From positions 5,634 to 50,646 of the forward strand of contig DAMX01000033.1 of NCBI GenBank assembly GCA_002497195.1: a stretch of 45,013 nt of DNA, given 5' to 3'. Below the pieces are notes generated by a model. The model saw only the letters and a list, made by a program, of their open reading frames with translations, made no database searches and was not told the origin of the DNA. Positions 36,272 through 45,013 of this stretch are shown in pieces. The position numbers and the translations under genes are program-made. This stretch comes from Methanomassiliicoccaceae archaeon UBA354. GTDB lineage: Archaea; Thermoplasmatota; Thermoplasmata; Methanomassiliicoccales; Methanomethylophilaceae. Position 1 is the first letter of the stretch; each line of letters starts with the position of its first letter.

Positions 36272-37679
36272 CCTGGCAGGAAACAAGGTCCTCGACTATC
36301 TCGAGGAATTCCTCCTTCTTCTCGGGCGGGATTGTGGCACCGGCGGCCACGCTGTGACCGCCTCCGAAACCGCCTACCAGCTCCGCCGCCTTCTTCATGA
36401 CGGCCGAGAGGTTCAGCCCCCTGTCCACCAGCGCACGGTCGGCGCGTGCCGAAACCTTCACTCCGTCCTCCGCATCGGCGAAGGCGATTATCGGGAGCCA
36501 CTTTTTGCACCCGTCCGAGTTGAGCATCATGCCTGCGACGATGCCGACCACGGTCTCCTTGATCTGGCCCCCCGCGTCGAAGTACTGGACGAACCGACTT
36601 TCGCGTATCAGATGGTTATCCTTGACGTAGCTTATGGCGGCGGAGATGTTCCGCCTGTGCTCGGTACGGTTGCGTTCCGCATCTTCCAGCGCGGTGCGGT
36701 CGCCGCAACAGATCCTCATGCCCGTCTCCGCATCTTCATACCTTCCGCATGAGTTCAGGATCGTGGCGAACTCCTTCGCGTCCCTGAGCCCGGAGCCGGG
36801 TTCGAAACGCGGAAGAGTATATACTTCTCCGTACAGATGCTTCGCGTCGGTCGGGTTACCGAGCATTTTCAGGAGTTTTTCGGTAGCCCTCTTTTTCTCG
36901 GGCGGCGTTAGGTCGTTCCATGACCTGGGCCTCCCCCCGAAGTTCAGATCTATCCCCAGTTGGGAGAAGAACTTGACGCACGACTGCCCCGAATTCGATA
37001 ATCCTGGGAGCTCCGGGTCGCTGCTGTACTGCAGGAACTGCACCAGATTCCTGGTCTCCCTCCCGAAAAGCCTCAGATCCTTCTCCGTAACAATATCTCC
37101 GGCCCTCACGGCTTCGTCCACTATTGTGCGGTTAAGGCTGATCATGCCGGATTCCCTGCTGTCCTGGAAATCTCCCACCGCACCGATAAGTGCCAGATAT
37201 GCCATGTCGATGTTTCGGGGGTCCAGTTTTTTAGCCACCATGTACGTCGAACCTGAGCCGCTTATCTCTATCGACCCGTCCATTCCGAAGCAGTGAGGAT
37301 TCACGTGGTACACGGCAGAAAAATCGTCCAGGGTCGCCTGTCTTCGCTTACTCCTCGTGTCCGGTACATGATGATCCGTGATTACGAGGCCGTCCTTTCT
37401 GAACTCGGAAAGATAACCGCTTCCCAGGTCGCATACCCAGACTATGTCCTCGGTGCTGGAGTTTATTTTGTTCACAACTTCTTCGGTGATCTTCTTTTCA
37501 AAGATCACGCTGTGCCCGATTCCCAAACGCCCCAGCGCGAGGGAGGCTATCGAACCGGCGGCGATCCCGTCGGCGTCTATGTGCGATATCACGAGAGCGC
37601 TCTTCGCAGACGCGATGGCCTCGGCCGCCCGCCCGGCCGCATACTCGAAAGAACGAAGGTCACCAGATGTAACCGGCAT
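36264..37679 (-). CDS. recJ: DHH/DHHA1 phosphoesterase, archaeal RecJ/Cdc45-like (GAN-type) nuclease
   Basis: DHH motifs VISHIDADGIAAGS, VCDLGSG and VITDHH, plus the DHHA1 motif GGGHSVAAGATI. Length is 471 aa. Confidence 0.75.
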   Translation of the reverse strand: MPVTSGDLRSFEYAAGRAAEAIASAKSALVISHIDADGIAAGSIASLALGRLGIGHSVIFEKKITEEVVNKINSSTEDIVWVCDLGSGYLSEFRKDGLVITDHHVPDTRSKRRQATLDDFSAVYHVNPHCFGMDGSIEISGSGSTYMVAKKLDPRNIDMAYLALIGAVGDFQDSRESGMISLNRTIVDEAVRAGDIVTEKDLRLFGRETRNLVQFLQYSSDPELPGLSNSGQSCVKFFSQLGIDLNFGGRPRSWNDLTPPEKKRATEKLLKMLGNPTDAKHLYGEVYTLPRFEPGSGLRDAKEFATILNSCGRYEDAETGMRICCGDRTALEDAERNRTEHRRNISAAISYVKDNHLIRESRFVQYFDAGGQIKETVVGIVAGMMLNSDGCKKWLPIIAFADAEDGVKVSARADRALVDRGLNLSAVMKKAAELVGGFGGGHSVAAGATIPPEKKEEFLEIVEDLVSCQVI

Positions 37680-38421
37680 ATTCCCTCACCAATCTGGGAT
37701 ACACGGCATCCGCCACCCTTTTGAGATTGACGGTGTCGGCCCTGTTGTATTCGGTGAGCCTTTCCAGGGAATCGGCGTCACCGCGGCCGCACCAGCGCTT
37801 CCAGAGACGTACCGCTTCGAAACCGTCCACGCCCTGTATGCCCTCGTCCCTGGATATTCCGATCTCGGCCTCCAGGTTCTTCAGCCCTCCCCTGTATCCG
37901 ACCTTCCGGGAGGCGAACCTAAGGTCCAGGTGCGGCAGTGTCAGGTCCAGTGCCGGAAAGCTTTCCCTCAGCACCGGGAGGTCGAAGCAGCTGCCGTTGA
38001 AGGTCACGAGCATCGACGCGCCGTCCAACGCATCGGATATGGCGCCGTCATCGAGGCCCCTGCCGCGGACCAGCGTGACGGTGTCTTTGACGGTATGCAC
38101 CGTCACCACGGTAACGAGCGAATCCCTCTCCAGCCCGTCAGTCTCTATGTCGAGGTATGCGGCCCTGTCCCCGAACTCTCCGAAAAGGCGCCACTGTTCG
38201 GATTTCGGGAGGAGGCCGTTCAGTCCGGCCGCGTCGCCGTCATCCAAGAGCTCGCTCGCTTTCGAAATGGCCAGGTCGCATTCTTTCTTCCTGTAGTCAG
38301 GCACAGCGCATACGCTTCGGGAGGCCAGGAAATCGTCCCAGTCGCGGACCCCCGATTCCCATATGTATCTCTCCTTCTTTGTTCCGACGGAAGGGGCGAT
38401 CCGGAAGGTGTGCCTTATCAT
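37660..38421 (-). CDS. RNase H-fold 3'-5' exonuclease (YprB/PolB-exonuclease-like, DEDD type)
   Basis: Exo motifs YLDIETDGL, LVTFNGSCFDLPVL and EYNRADTVNL. The start is set at ATG 38421 (MIRHTF...); the ORF extends to 38496. The 3' end overlaps the recJ-like start by 20 nt. Confidence 0.7.
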   Translation of the reverse strand: MIRHTFRIAPSVGTKKERYIWESGVRDWDDFLASRSVCAVPDYRKKECDLAISKASELLDDGDAAGLNGLLPKSEQWRLFGEFGDRAAYLDIETDGLERDSLVTVVTVHTVKDTVTLVRGRGLDDGAISDALDGASMLVTFNGSCFDLPVLRESFPALDLTLPHLDLRFASRKVGYRGGLKNLEAEIGISRDEGIQGVDGFEAVRLWKRWCGRGDADSLERLTEYNRADTVNLKRVADAVYPRLVREYAGYIW

Positions 38422-38498
38422 CGCCGGTCTATATCGGAACCACTCAAAAAAACCTTGCATGCGTTCAATTAATACGCCGGGAAGGCATCGAGACATCC

Positions 38499-39221
38499 AT
38501 GCGGACGCTCGAGGTCCTTCCCGACGTTAAGATCACCAGCGACAGGTGCGTGCTCCTGGACAAGGGCCGTACCGCGGTCATAGGGGACCTGCACCTGGGT
38601 TACGAGAAGGCCCTCGAAGAGGAAGGGATCTACCTCCCCCGCATAAACACCGGCACGATAAGGGACTCCCTTAACCGCATAATCGGACGTTACGAGCCCG
38701 AAAGGGTGGTGCTCCTCGGAGATATAAAACATGATTTCAAGCGTTCTGAGCGCGGGGCGTCGTCCGAAGTCCTGGATATACTCGATCTTCTCAGCGAGGC
38801 CGTGGAGACGCTGGTCATAAAAGGCAACCACGACAACTACATACAAAACATACTGGCGAGCAGGAACATGGTCGCCGAAGACGGCATTGAGGTCGCAGGC
38901 TACAGGCTGGAGCACGGACACGTCGATTCCGGGGCACGCCCGGTGATAATCGGTCACGAGCACCCTTCGGTCAGGATCCCGGGTTCGGGGTCGGGAGGGA
39001 CCAAGATACACTGTTTCGTCCTGGCCAGGAAAGAAGGGGTTCTCGTCCTGCCTCCTTTCAGCCCTTTCTCGATGGGCAGCGACCTGCTGTCCGAGGGTTC
39101 GTCCATGGCTCCCGCATTGCGCGGATGTGATATAGGCAATGCGGAGATCTACGGAGTGTCGGATCTCGGGATAATGGAGCTGGGCAAGCTTTCCGGACTG
39201 GAAGATATGGAACTGGGATGA
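38499..39221 (+). CDS. Calcineurin-like metallophosphoesterase
   Basis: VIGDLHLGYE, VLLGDIKHDF, IKGNHDN and IGHEHP are canonical MPE metal-binding motifs. The start is set at ATG 38499. The gene is divergent from the exonuclease gene. Confidence 0.8.
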   Translation: MRTLEVLPDVKITSDRCVLLDKGRTAVIGDLHLGYEKALEEEGIYLPRINTGTIRDSLNRIIGRYEPERVVLLGDIKHDFKRSERGASSEVLDILDLLSEAVETLVIKGNHDNYIQNILASRNMVAEDGIEVAGYRLEHGHVDSGARPVIIGHEHPSVRIPGSGSGGTKIHCFVLARKEGVLVLPPFSPFSMGSDLLSEGSSMAPALRGCDIGNAEIYGVSDLGIMELGKLSGLEDMELG

Positions 39222-39255
39222 GGTTTCGGTCTCCCAAACTCATTTCCCCTGAACG

Positions 39256-39288
39256 TTAAATAATAGTAGGTTATTCTTACCGCAGGAG
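39256..39288 (+). promoter_or_regulatory. TATA-like box and SD upstream of mtaA
   Basis: ttaaataata at 39256-65 lies about 42 nt upstream of the ATG. ggag at 39285-88 lies 9 nt upstream of ATG 39298. Confidence 0.35.
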
Positions 39289-39297
39289 AAATAATCT

Positions 39298-40329
39298 ATG
39301 TCAATGACTCCAAGAGAAAGAGTGCTTGCAGCGATGAAACAGGAAGACCTCGACAGGCCTCCGGTAGCGATCTTCACACAGTCCGCCACGCTCGGACAGA
39401 TGGACAAGGTCGGAGCCGCATGGCCCGAGGCCCACAAGTCCGCTGAGCTTATGGCAAAACTGGGATCTGCGCAGGCCGATGTTTTCGGTTTCGAGTGCTG
39501 CAGGGCCCCCTTCTGCCTGACCGCAGAGGCCGAGAGGCTCGGATGCAACGTCGCCGTCGAGAAGAGGGACGCCGCACCGATGATCAAAAAACACCCCTAC
39601 CACTTCGACCCAATGACCGGCGAATACGACAGCCCCGACGGACTAATGTCCCCTGAGGAGTTCATCGCCGGCGGAAGGCCCGCCGAAGTCATCAAAGCCA
39701 TGGGCATCATGAAGAAGACCCACGGCGAAGACTACTGCATTGTTGCCGGAAACACCGGACCCTTCTCCCTGGCAGGCCACATGGTCAGCACCGAGAACCT
39801 CGTCTTCGGAATGATGATGGACCCCGAGCAGGTATCCAACTGGGTCAACGGGGTCACCCCCGTGTGCAAGGCATACTGCCAGGCGCTCATCGACGGAGGA
39901 GCAGACATCATTCAGATGTCCGAGCCCACCGCGTCCACCGACATGATCGCTCCTGACATGTTCCACGACGCATCCGGAAAGTTCGTCTCCGAGTCCCTCG
40001 CAGCGATAAAGGGCGGATACTCCGTTCTCCACATATGCGGAGACACCCTGCCCATCCTTGAGATGATGGTCAAGACCGGAGTCACCGGACTATCCATCGA
40101 GGAGAAGGTCGACCCCTTCAAAGCCGTCGAGCACGTCGGCGGAAAGACCGTACTCGTCGGAAACGTCGGGTCCGTCAAGCCCCTCTTCCAGGGAACCCCC
40201 GAAGAGGTCATCAAGGGAACCCAGGCTTCCGTCAAGGCGGGATTCAACGTCATCTCTTCCGGATGCGGTATCGCAACCGCGACCCCCGACGAAAACATGG
40301 CGGCCATGGTCAAAGCGGTCAAGGGATGA
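39298..40329 (+). CDS. mtaA: Methylcobamide:coenzyme M methyltransferase (MtaA/MtbA, uroporphyrinogen decarboxylase family)
   Basis: MTPRERVLAAMKQEDLDRPPV, GFECCRAPFCLTAEAERLGC, and HICGDT (zinc-binding His/Cys) ... SSGCGI. Length is 343 aa. Confidence 0.85.
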   Translation: MSMTPRERVLAAMKQEDLDRPPVAIFTQSATLGQMDKVGAAWPEAHKSAELMAKLGSAQADVFGFECCRAPFCLTAEAERLGCNVAVEKRDAAPMIKKHPYHFDPMTGEYDSPDGLMSPEEFIAGGRPAEVIKAMGIMKKTHGEDYCIVAGNTGPFSLAGHMVSTENLVFGMMMDPEQVSNWVNGVTPVCKAYCQALIDGGADIIQMSEPTASTDMIAPDMFHDASGKFVSESLAAIKGGYSVLHICGDTLPILEMMVKTGVTGLSIEEKVDPFKAVEHVGGKTVLVGNVGSVKPLFQGTPEEVIKGTQASVKAGFNVISSGCGIATATPDENMAAMVKAVKG

Positions 40330-40425
40330 GCCCGCCCGTAACCTGACTATCAAAACCACTTACTTTCTTTTCACTTCTTTTTCGCTCACACAACGTTTAT
40401 TACGTCGGGTTCCGCTACCTGAACC

Positions 40426-41136
40426 ATGTCTCATCTTCTTGTCGACAACTCAGTATATGCGTCGAAGATAAAATCCGTCTTGAAACTGAGGTACGAGCCT
40501 GTGGCCTTGAAGCTGGTGCCCGAGGGAGAGGAATTTCCGGGAGGATACAGGAAGCCGGAAGGCCAGATGTCCCATTGCCAGGCGGTCATGCGTGCCAGGA
40601 AAGGGGAGTGCATCACGATGAGGCTCGAGGACCACAGCTGTCACGTGGGCGCTTCGGCCCTCGGCATGTCGGAGACGCCCGAGAAGGTCGCAGACGGAAC
40701 GTTACATTTCAACATAGGGGCCTTCGATTCTCCCGAGGCGGCGGCGAAGATGATAGCAGACAGAAAGGTCCCGGAAGTCCGAATGGCGGGCGAGATCGTC
40801 TGCCCCCTCAAGGACGCAGACTTCGAGCCAGACGCGGTCATTCTGATCGATATGCCGGAGAGGCTGTACTGGATCGTACCGCTGGCCACCGCCGAAGAAG
40901 GAGGAAGGGTCGAATTCAGCACATCGGCGTTCCAGTGCGTATGCGAGGACGTAACGGCCTATCCGTTCGTCACCCGGAAGCCCAACCTGTCCCTGGGCTG
41001 CTTCGGTTGCCGCAAGAAGACCGATATGGCCGCCGACGAGCTGGCAGCCGGAATACCTTACGGGATGGTCCCCGGGTTCGCAGCCCGTCTGGGGAAATAC
41101 GAGACGGGCATGATGGCGAAGGCTAAACGCGATTAA
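40426..41136 (+). CDS. DUF169-family protein (COG2043-like), function unknown
   Basis: LKLRYEPVALKLVPEG......MSHCQAVMRARKGE......HSCHVGASALGM and the later FQCVCEDV...SLGCFGCR match my recollection of the DUF169 pattern. Confidence 0.7.
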   Translation: MSHLLVDNSVYASKIKSVLKLRYEPVALKLVPEGEEFPGGYRKPEGQMSHCQAVMRARKGECITMRLEDHSCHVGASALGMSETPEKVADGTLHFNIGAFDSPEAAAKMIADRKVPEVRMAGEIVCPLKDADFEPDAVILIDMPERLYWIVPLATAEEGGRVEFSTSAFQCVCEDVTAYPFVTRKPNLSLGCFGCRKKTDMAADELAAGIPYGMVPGFAARLGKYETGMMAKAKRD

Positions 41137-41261
41137 AACCCGAAATATCGGGCCGGAACGCCGGCCAAATTATTCCATTTAAATATCAGGTAACACTAAA
41201 ACAGCGCCAGGTACGCGCATTTTGCATTTTTTTGTCGTTTAAACAGTGTTTAAGGGTTGGC

Positions 41262-41334
41262 TTTATATTAGGATAACAGATTACGCGAACTGCAAGGGGA
41301 GCAGGACCCAATCCTGCAAAAATTGAACGGAGGT
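41262..41334 (+). promoter_or_regulatory. Candidate mcr promoter (TATA box), structured 5' leader and SD
   Basis: tttatatta lies at 41262-70. A hairpin gcagga(41301-06)-cccaa-tcctgc(41312-17) follows. ggaggt at 41329-34 lies 5 nt before ATG 41340. A second TATA-like tttaaatat lies at 41178-86. Confidence 0.4.
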
Positions 41335-41339
41335 AAAAA

Positions 41340-42668
41340 ATGCCAAAATACGAGGACGTAATTGACTTGTATGACGACAACGGAAAACGCATCGCCAAAG
41401 ATATTCCGTTGGAAGCCATCAGTCCGTTGCGCAACAAAGCGATCCAGAAGATCGGAGACCTCACCAAGAGGACGTGCGCCGTCAATCTAGCCGGTATCGA
41501 GAAAGCTCTCAAGACCGGTTCGATGATGGGCATGACCATCAAGGGAAAAGAGATCGACATCCCCCTGGTCGCAAACGCTGAGAAGATCGCAGCCGCTGTC
41601 AAGGAAATGATTCAGGTAACCCCCGACGACGACACAATCGTCAAAGTGAAATCCGGAGGAAAGAGCATGATCGTCGTTCTCCCCAACGAGAGAGCGAACG
41701 TCGGTATCGAGTACACCACGGGATTCACTTCTACCGCCGCCGCGGTAACCGAGGCGATCATTGACGAGTTCAAGATCCCCATGTACAAGGCGAACATGGT
41801 GAAAGGGGCAGTATGGGGGAGATACCCTCAGACCGTCAACTTTTTAGGTTCCAACATAAAATCCATCCTCGAAGTTCCTCAGAACAACGAAGGTGCCGGA
41901 TACGCTCTCAGGAACATCATGTCCAACCACGTCGTCGCACTGGTCGGCAGGAACGCAATGCAGGGCACAGCTCTGTCCGCGATCTTCGAGCAGACCGCCG
42001 CATTTGAGATGGGCGACGCTGTGGGACCCTTCGAGAGAGGACACCTCCTCGGACTCGCATATGAGGGACTCAACGCCAACAACATGCTGTACTCCATAGT
42101 TAAGAAGAACGGAAAGACCGGAACCGTCGGAACCGTCATCGAATCCCTCATGGAGAGGGCCATCGACGACAAGGTCATCCGCGTGAAAGAGACCCTTCCG
42201 TCCGGATACAAGGTCTACACGACCGACGACCTCCCCCTCTGGAACGCATATGCGGCAGTCGGACAGGTCGCAGCGGTCATGGTGAACGTCGGAGCGGCAA
42301 GGGCCGCCCAGGGTGTTCCCTCAACGATCCTGTACTACAACGACCTGCTCGAGCACGAGACCGGACTCCCCGGTGTCGACTACGGAAGGTCGATGGGTGT
42401 TTGCGTCGGAATGTCGTTCTTCTCCCACTCCATCTACGGTGGAGGCGGACCCGGACTGTTCCACGGAAACCACGTTGTCACCAGGCACTCCAAGGGTGTT
42501 CTGATCCCCGCCGTTACAGCAGGAAACTGCCTTGACGGTGGAACGCAGACCTTCTCCGCAGAGGCCACGTCCGGAACCTTCAAAGAGGTCTTCGGAGACA
42601 TGGACGAATTCCGCCACCCCATTCAGGTCGTAGCGGCTGAGGCAAAGAAAATAAAGAAGAAGGTCTGA
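41340..42668 (+). CDS. mcrB: Methyl-coenzyme M reductase beta subunit
   Basis: 442 aa. [32 protein letters not shown] and the conserved [28 protein letters not shown]. Confidence 0.95.
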   Translation: MPKYEDVIDLYDDNGKRIAKDIPLEAISPLRNKAIQKIGDLTKRTCAVNLAGIEKALKTGSMMGMTIKGKEIDIPLVANAEKIAAAVKEMIQVTPDDDTIVKVKSGGKSMIVVLPNERANVGIEYTTGFTSTAAAVTEAIIDEFKIPMYKANMVKGAVWGRYPQTVNFLGSNIKSILEVPQNNEGAGYALRNIMSNHVVALVGRNAMQGTALSAIFEQTAAFEMGDAVGPFERGHLLGLAYEGLNANNMLYSIVKKNGKTGTVGTVIESLMERAIDDKVIRVKETLPSGYKVYTTDDLPLWNAYAAVGQVAAVMVNVGAARAAQGVPSTILYYNDLLEHETGLPGVDYGRSMGVCVGMSFFSHSIYGGGGPGLFHGNHVVTRHSKGVLIPAVTAGNCLDGGTQTFSAEATSGTFKEVFGDMDEFRHPIQVVAAEAKKIKKKV

Positions 42669-42674
42669 GCATAA

Positions 42675-43103
42675 ATGTCGAGCAATCCCCCAGCGGAATA
42701 TGCGGGCGTGCCCCTCCCTGAAGTGAGGATAACCACGAACCGCCTCCTGAGCGCGGAGACGACCGAAAAGGTCATAAACGGGTTCGAGGAGATCGAGCAC
42801 ATCAGACAGATCACCATGTCGGGCGAGAGCCTGCCTAGCAAGATCAACAGCGGACCCAACAAAGGGCTCGATAACAACCACACGCAACGCCGTTTCGTAA
42901 AGATCGGCGGAAAGGATGTGGAGCTGACCAAACTGGTCGGCTATTTCTTCATCGAGCTCGAAGTCGAGGACGACAAAGTGCTTGACGAGACCGTTGGAAA
43001 GATCAAGGCCGTATGCGATGCGCACATCGCGCACGGATTCAACCTTGAGATTGGAAGATACTCGAAATACAGACCTACTCTTAATGATTACAGAGGTGTT
43101 TAA
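42675..43103 (+). CDS. mcrD: Methyl-coenzyme M reductase operon protein D
   Basis: 142 aa, located between mcrB and mcrG. RLLSAETTEKVINGFEEIEHIRQITMSGESLP...GPNKG fits the McrD pattern. Confidence 0.85.
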   Translation: MSSNPPAEYAGVPLPEVRITTNRLLSAETTEKVINGFEEIEHIRQITMSGESLPSKINSGPNKGLDNNHTQRRFVKIGGKDVELTKLVGYFFIELEVEDDKVLDETVGKIKAVCDAHIAHGFNLEIGRYSKYRPTLNDYRGV

Positions 43104-43105
43104 AT

Positions 43106-43879
43106 ATGGCATACAAAAGACAGTTCTACCCCGGAACCACAAGCCCTGCCGTCGCAAGGCGCAGATTGATGGACCCCAAAGTAAAACTGCAGAAACTTCG
43201 CGAGGTCCCCATCGAGGACGTCGTCAAGCTCATGGGACACCGCAACCCCGGAGAGGACTACAAATCCATCCACCCCCCCATCGAGGAGGGCTCCGAGCCG
43301 GACTGCCCCATAAGGAAACTGGTCACCCCCATAGACGGTGCCAAGCACGGAGACAGGATAAGGTATATCCAGTTCTCTGACTCCGTCTACTTCGCGCCCG
43401 TGTCCCCCTACCAGAGGGCATGGATGTACCTTTCCAGGTACAGAGGTATCGACACCGGTACCCTGTCCGGAAGGCAGATCATCGAAGTAAGGGAGAGGGA
43501 CCTTGAGAAAATGGCGAAAGAGTTCATCGAGAACGAGACCTTCGACGCCGCACTGACGGGAATCAGGGGTGCAACCGTTCACGGACACGCCTGCCGTCTC
43601 GACGAGAACGGACTCATGTTCGACGCATGGCAGAGGTACCTGTGGGACCCCAAGAAGAAAGAGGTCAAGTACGTGAAGGACCAGGTCGCGCTGCCCCTCG
43701 ACAAGGAGATCTTCGTCGGAGCCCCCGCATCGATGGAGGACCTCAGGAAGAGGACCACTATCTTCAGGGCCGACGGAGTCGACATGAGGGACGACAAAGA
43801 GGTCTCGAAATACCAGCACAGGATCCACAAGCTCAGGACACTGGGCGGATACCAGCCTTTCAAAGTGAAGGGGGTGTGA
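43106..43879 (+). CDS. mcrG: Methyl-coenzyme M reductase gamma subunit
   Basis: 257 aa. [48 protein letters not shown] and [18 protein letters not shown]. Confidence 0.95.
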   Translation: MAYKRQFYPGTTSPAVARRRLMDPKVKLQKLREVPIEDVVKLMGHRNPGEDYKSIHPPIEEGSEPDCPIRKLVTPIDGAKHGDRIRYIQFSDSVYFAPVSPYQRAWMYLSRYRGIDTGTLSGRQIIEVRERDLEKMAKEFIENETFDAALTGIRGATVHGHACRLDENGLMFDAWQRYLWDPKKKEVKYVKDQVALPLDKEIFVGAPASMEDLRKRTTIFRADGVDMRDDKEVSKYQHRIHKLRTLGGYQPFKVKGV

Positions 43880-43883
43880 ATCA

Positions 43884-45013
43884 ATGGCAACAAAAGAGAA
43901 AATGTTCATGGAGGCCGTCAAGAAGAAATTCAAAGAGGAGCCTACCGACACATCGACCAGCTACTACAAGTACGGCGGCTGGAAACAGTCTAAGAGCAAA
44001 GTGGAGTTCCAGGCGGCGGCTGAAAAGATCGCTAAAGACCGCGGATTCCCCATGATGAACGAGGACATAGGAGTCCCCCTCGGACAGAGGTCGTGGATGC
44101 CCTACCAGCTCTCGCACACGGACATCTTCGTCGAGCCCGACGACCTCCACTGCATAAACAACCCTGCGATCCAGCAGGCGTGGGACGACATAAGGAGGAC
44201 GATCCTTGTCGGTCTCGACTCTCCTCACCAGACCATCGAGAGAAGGCTTGGTAAAGAGGTCACGCCCGAGACCATCAACGCATACCTCGAGACGGTCAAC
44301 CACACCATGCCCGGAGGAGCAGTCGTTCAGGAGCACATGGCGGAGGTCAACCCCGCGCTGGTGTACGACTCGTACGTCAAAGTGTTCTCCGGAGACGACG
44401 AACTGGTGGACGAGCTCGACAAGAGATTCGTCATCGACATCAACAAGCTCTTCCCCGCCGAGCAGGCGAAGCAGCTGAAGGCAGCCGTAGGAAAGACCCT
44501 GATGCAGGCGGTCCGCGTACCCTCCATAGTAGGAAGGGTCATGGACGGAGCCACCACATCCAGGCACGCAGCGATGCAGATCTCGATGGCCTTCATCTCC
44601 TCCTACAAGCTGGCGGCAGGAGAGGCGGCGATCGCAGACTTCGCGTACTCCGCAAAGCACCAGTCGATCAACATGGGAACCATGATGCCCGCCAGGCGTG
44701 CAAGGGGACCCAACGAACCCGGAGGAATCCCGTTCGGATTCATGGCTGACATAACCCAGTCCGACCGTGTGTACCCCGACGACCCCGGACGCGCGGCACT
44801 TGAGTCCGTTGCGCTCGGTGCCATCGTCTACGACCAGATCTACCTCGGCGGATACATGTCCGGAGGAGTCGGATTCACCCAGTACGCTACTGCGGCATAC
44901 ACCGACAACATCCTCGAGGACTACGTTTACTACGGTATCGACCAGATCAACAAGAGGTATGGAGGATTCTGCAAGCTGGACCCCAACGACTACGACGAGC
45001 TCATGAACCTCGC
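43884..45013 (+). CDS. mcrA: Methyl-coenzyme M reductase alpha subunit, 5' part (376 codons, continues beyond the window)
   Basis: Hand translation from ATG 43884 stays open to the window end: [16 protein letters not shown]...[18 protein letters not shown]...[26 protein letters not shown]. These are hallmark McrA active-site regions. It is absent from the supplied ORF track because it has no stop in the window. Confidence 0.95.
   Translation, partial: MATKEKMFMEAVKKKFKEEPTDTSTSYYKYGGWKQSKSKVEFQAAAEKIAKDRGFPMMNEDIGVPLGQRSWMPYQLSHTDIFVEPDDLHCINNPAIQQAWDDIRRTILVGLDSPHQTIERRLGKEVTPETINAYLETVNHTMPGGAVVQEHMAEVNPALVYDSYVKVFSGDDELVDELDKRFVIDINKLFPAEQAKQLKAAVGKTLMQAVRVPSIVGRVMDGATTSRHAAMQISMAFISSYKLAAGEAAIADFAYSAKHQSINMGTMMPARRARGPNEPGGIPFGFMADITQSDRVYPDDPGRAALESVALGAIVYDQIYLGGYMSGGVGFTQYATAAYTDNILEDYVYYGIDQINKRYGGFCKLDPNDYDELMNL

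Noticed and set aside
42321-44660. Three large minus-strand ORFs (278, 283 and 259 aa) tiling the mcr operon
   Set aside because: They lie antisense to the highly conserved mcrB/D/G/A coding sequences. Stop-poor antisense frames are expected from the strong codon bias of these genes.
1-45013. CRISPR arrays, transposases/integrases, prophage or toxin-antitoxin/defence modules
   Set aside because: I found no direct-repeat/spacer periodicity, no recombinase-like ORF, and no terminal inverted repeats. Gene content is core metabolism and information processing throughout.

Overview
This GC-rich archaeal window is densely packed with about 47 protein genes, one tRNA, and no CRISPR array, rRNA or recognisable mobile element. 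The content points to a methyl-reducing methanogen. At the 3' end sits an mcrB-mcrD-mcrG-mcrA operon (mcrA runs off the window and is missing from the ORF track), preceded by a MtaA/MtbA-type methylcobamide:CoM methyltransferase and a DUF169 gene. The rest is mostly housekeeping:
- Information processing: S11 3' end, RpoD, PolD large subunit, Nog1-like GTPase, SerRS, RNase P Rpr2, YhbY, L10e, RtcB, tRNA-His, and a RecJ-like/exonuclease/phosphoesterase trio.
- Isoprenoid lipid module: radical-SAM Tes-like gene, a 56-aa ferredoxin below the ORF-track cutoff, geranylgeranyl reductase, and a convergent mevalonate kinase.
- preQ0/archaeosine genes: queD-queC-queE.
- Fe-S functions: Mrp/ApbC, NifX-like, SufC, SufB/D, Isf-type flavoprotein.
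- Others: OTCase, SepF, a PUA protein and HD hydrolases.
Many junctions are ATGA-type overlaps, which suggests operons.

The most notable observation is that the diphthamide synthase gene dph2 is interrupted by a single in-frame TAG, with an essential Fe-S cysteine downstream of it. None of the stop codons I read (about 46 genes) is TAG. Together these fit an amber-avoiding, pyrrolysine-decoding lineage such as Methanomassiliicoccales; that lineage assignment is an inference, since no search was run.

Other items worth a second look are a 1351-1364-aa membrane-anchored protein with a lamin-tail-like domain, a three-gene operon of uncharacterised envelope/Cys-motif proteins, and several orphan genes embedded in conserved operons. 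I see no clear evidence of a defence island or other accessory system. Most of the window is ordinary core genome.
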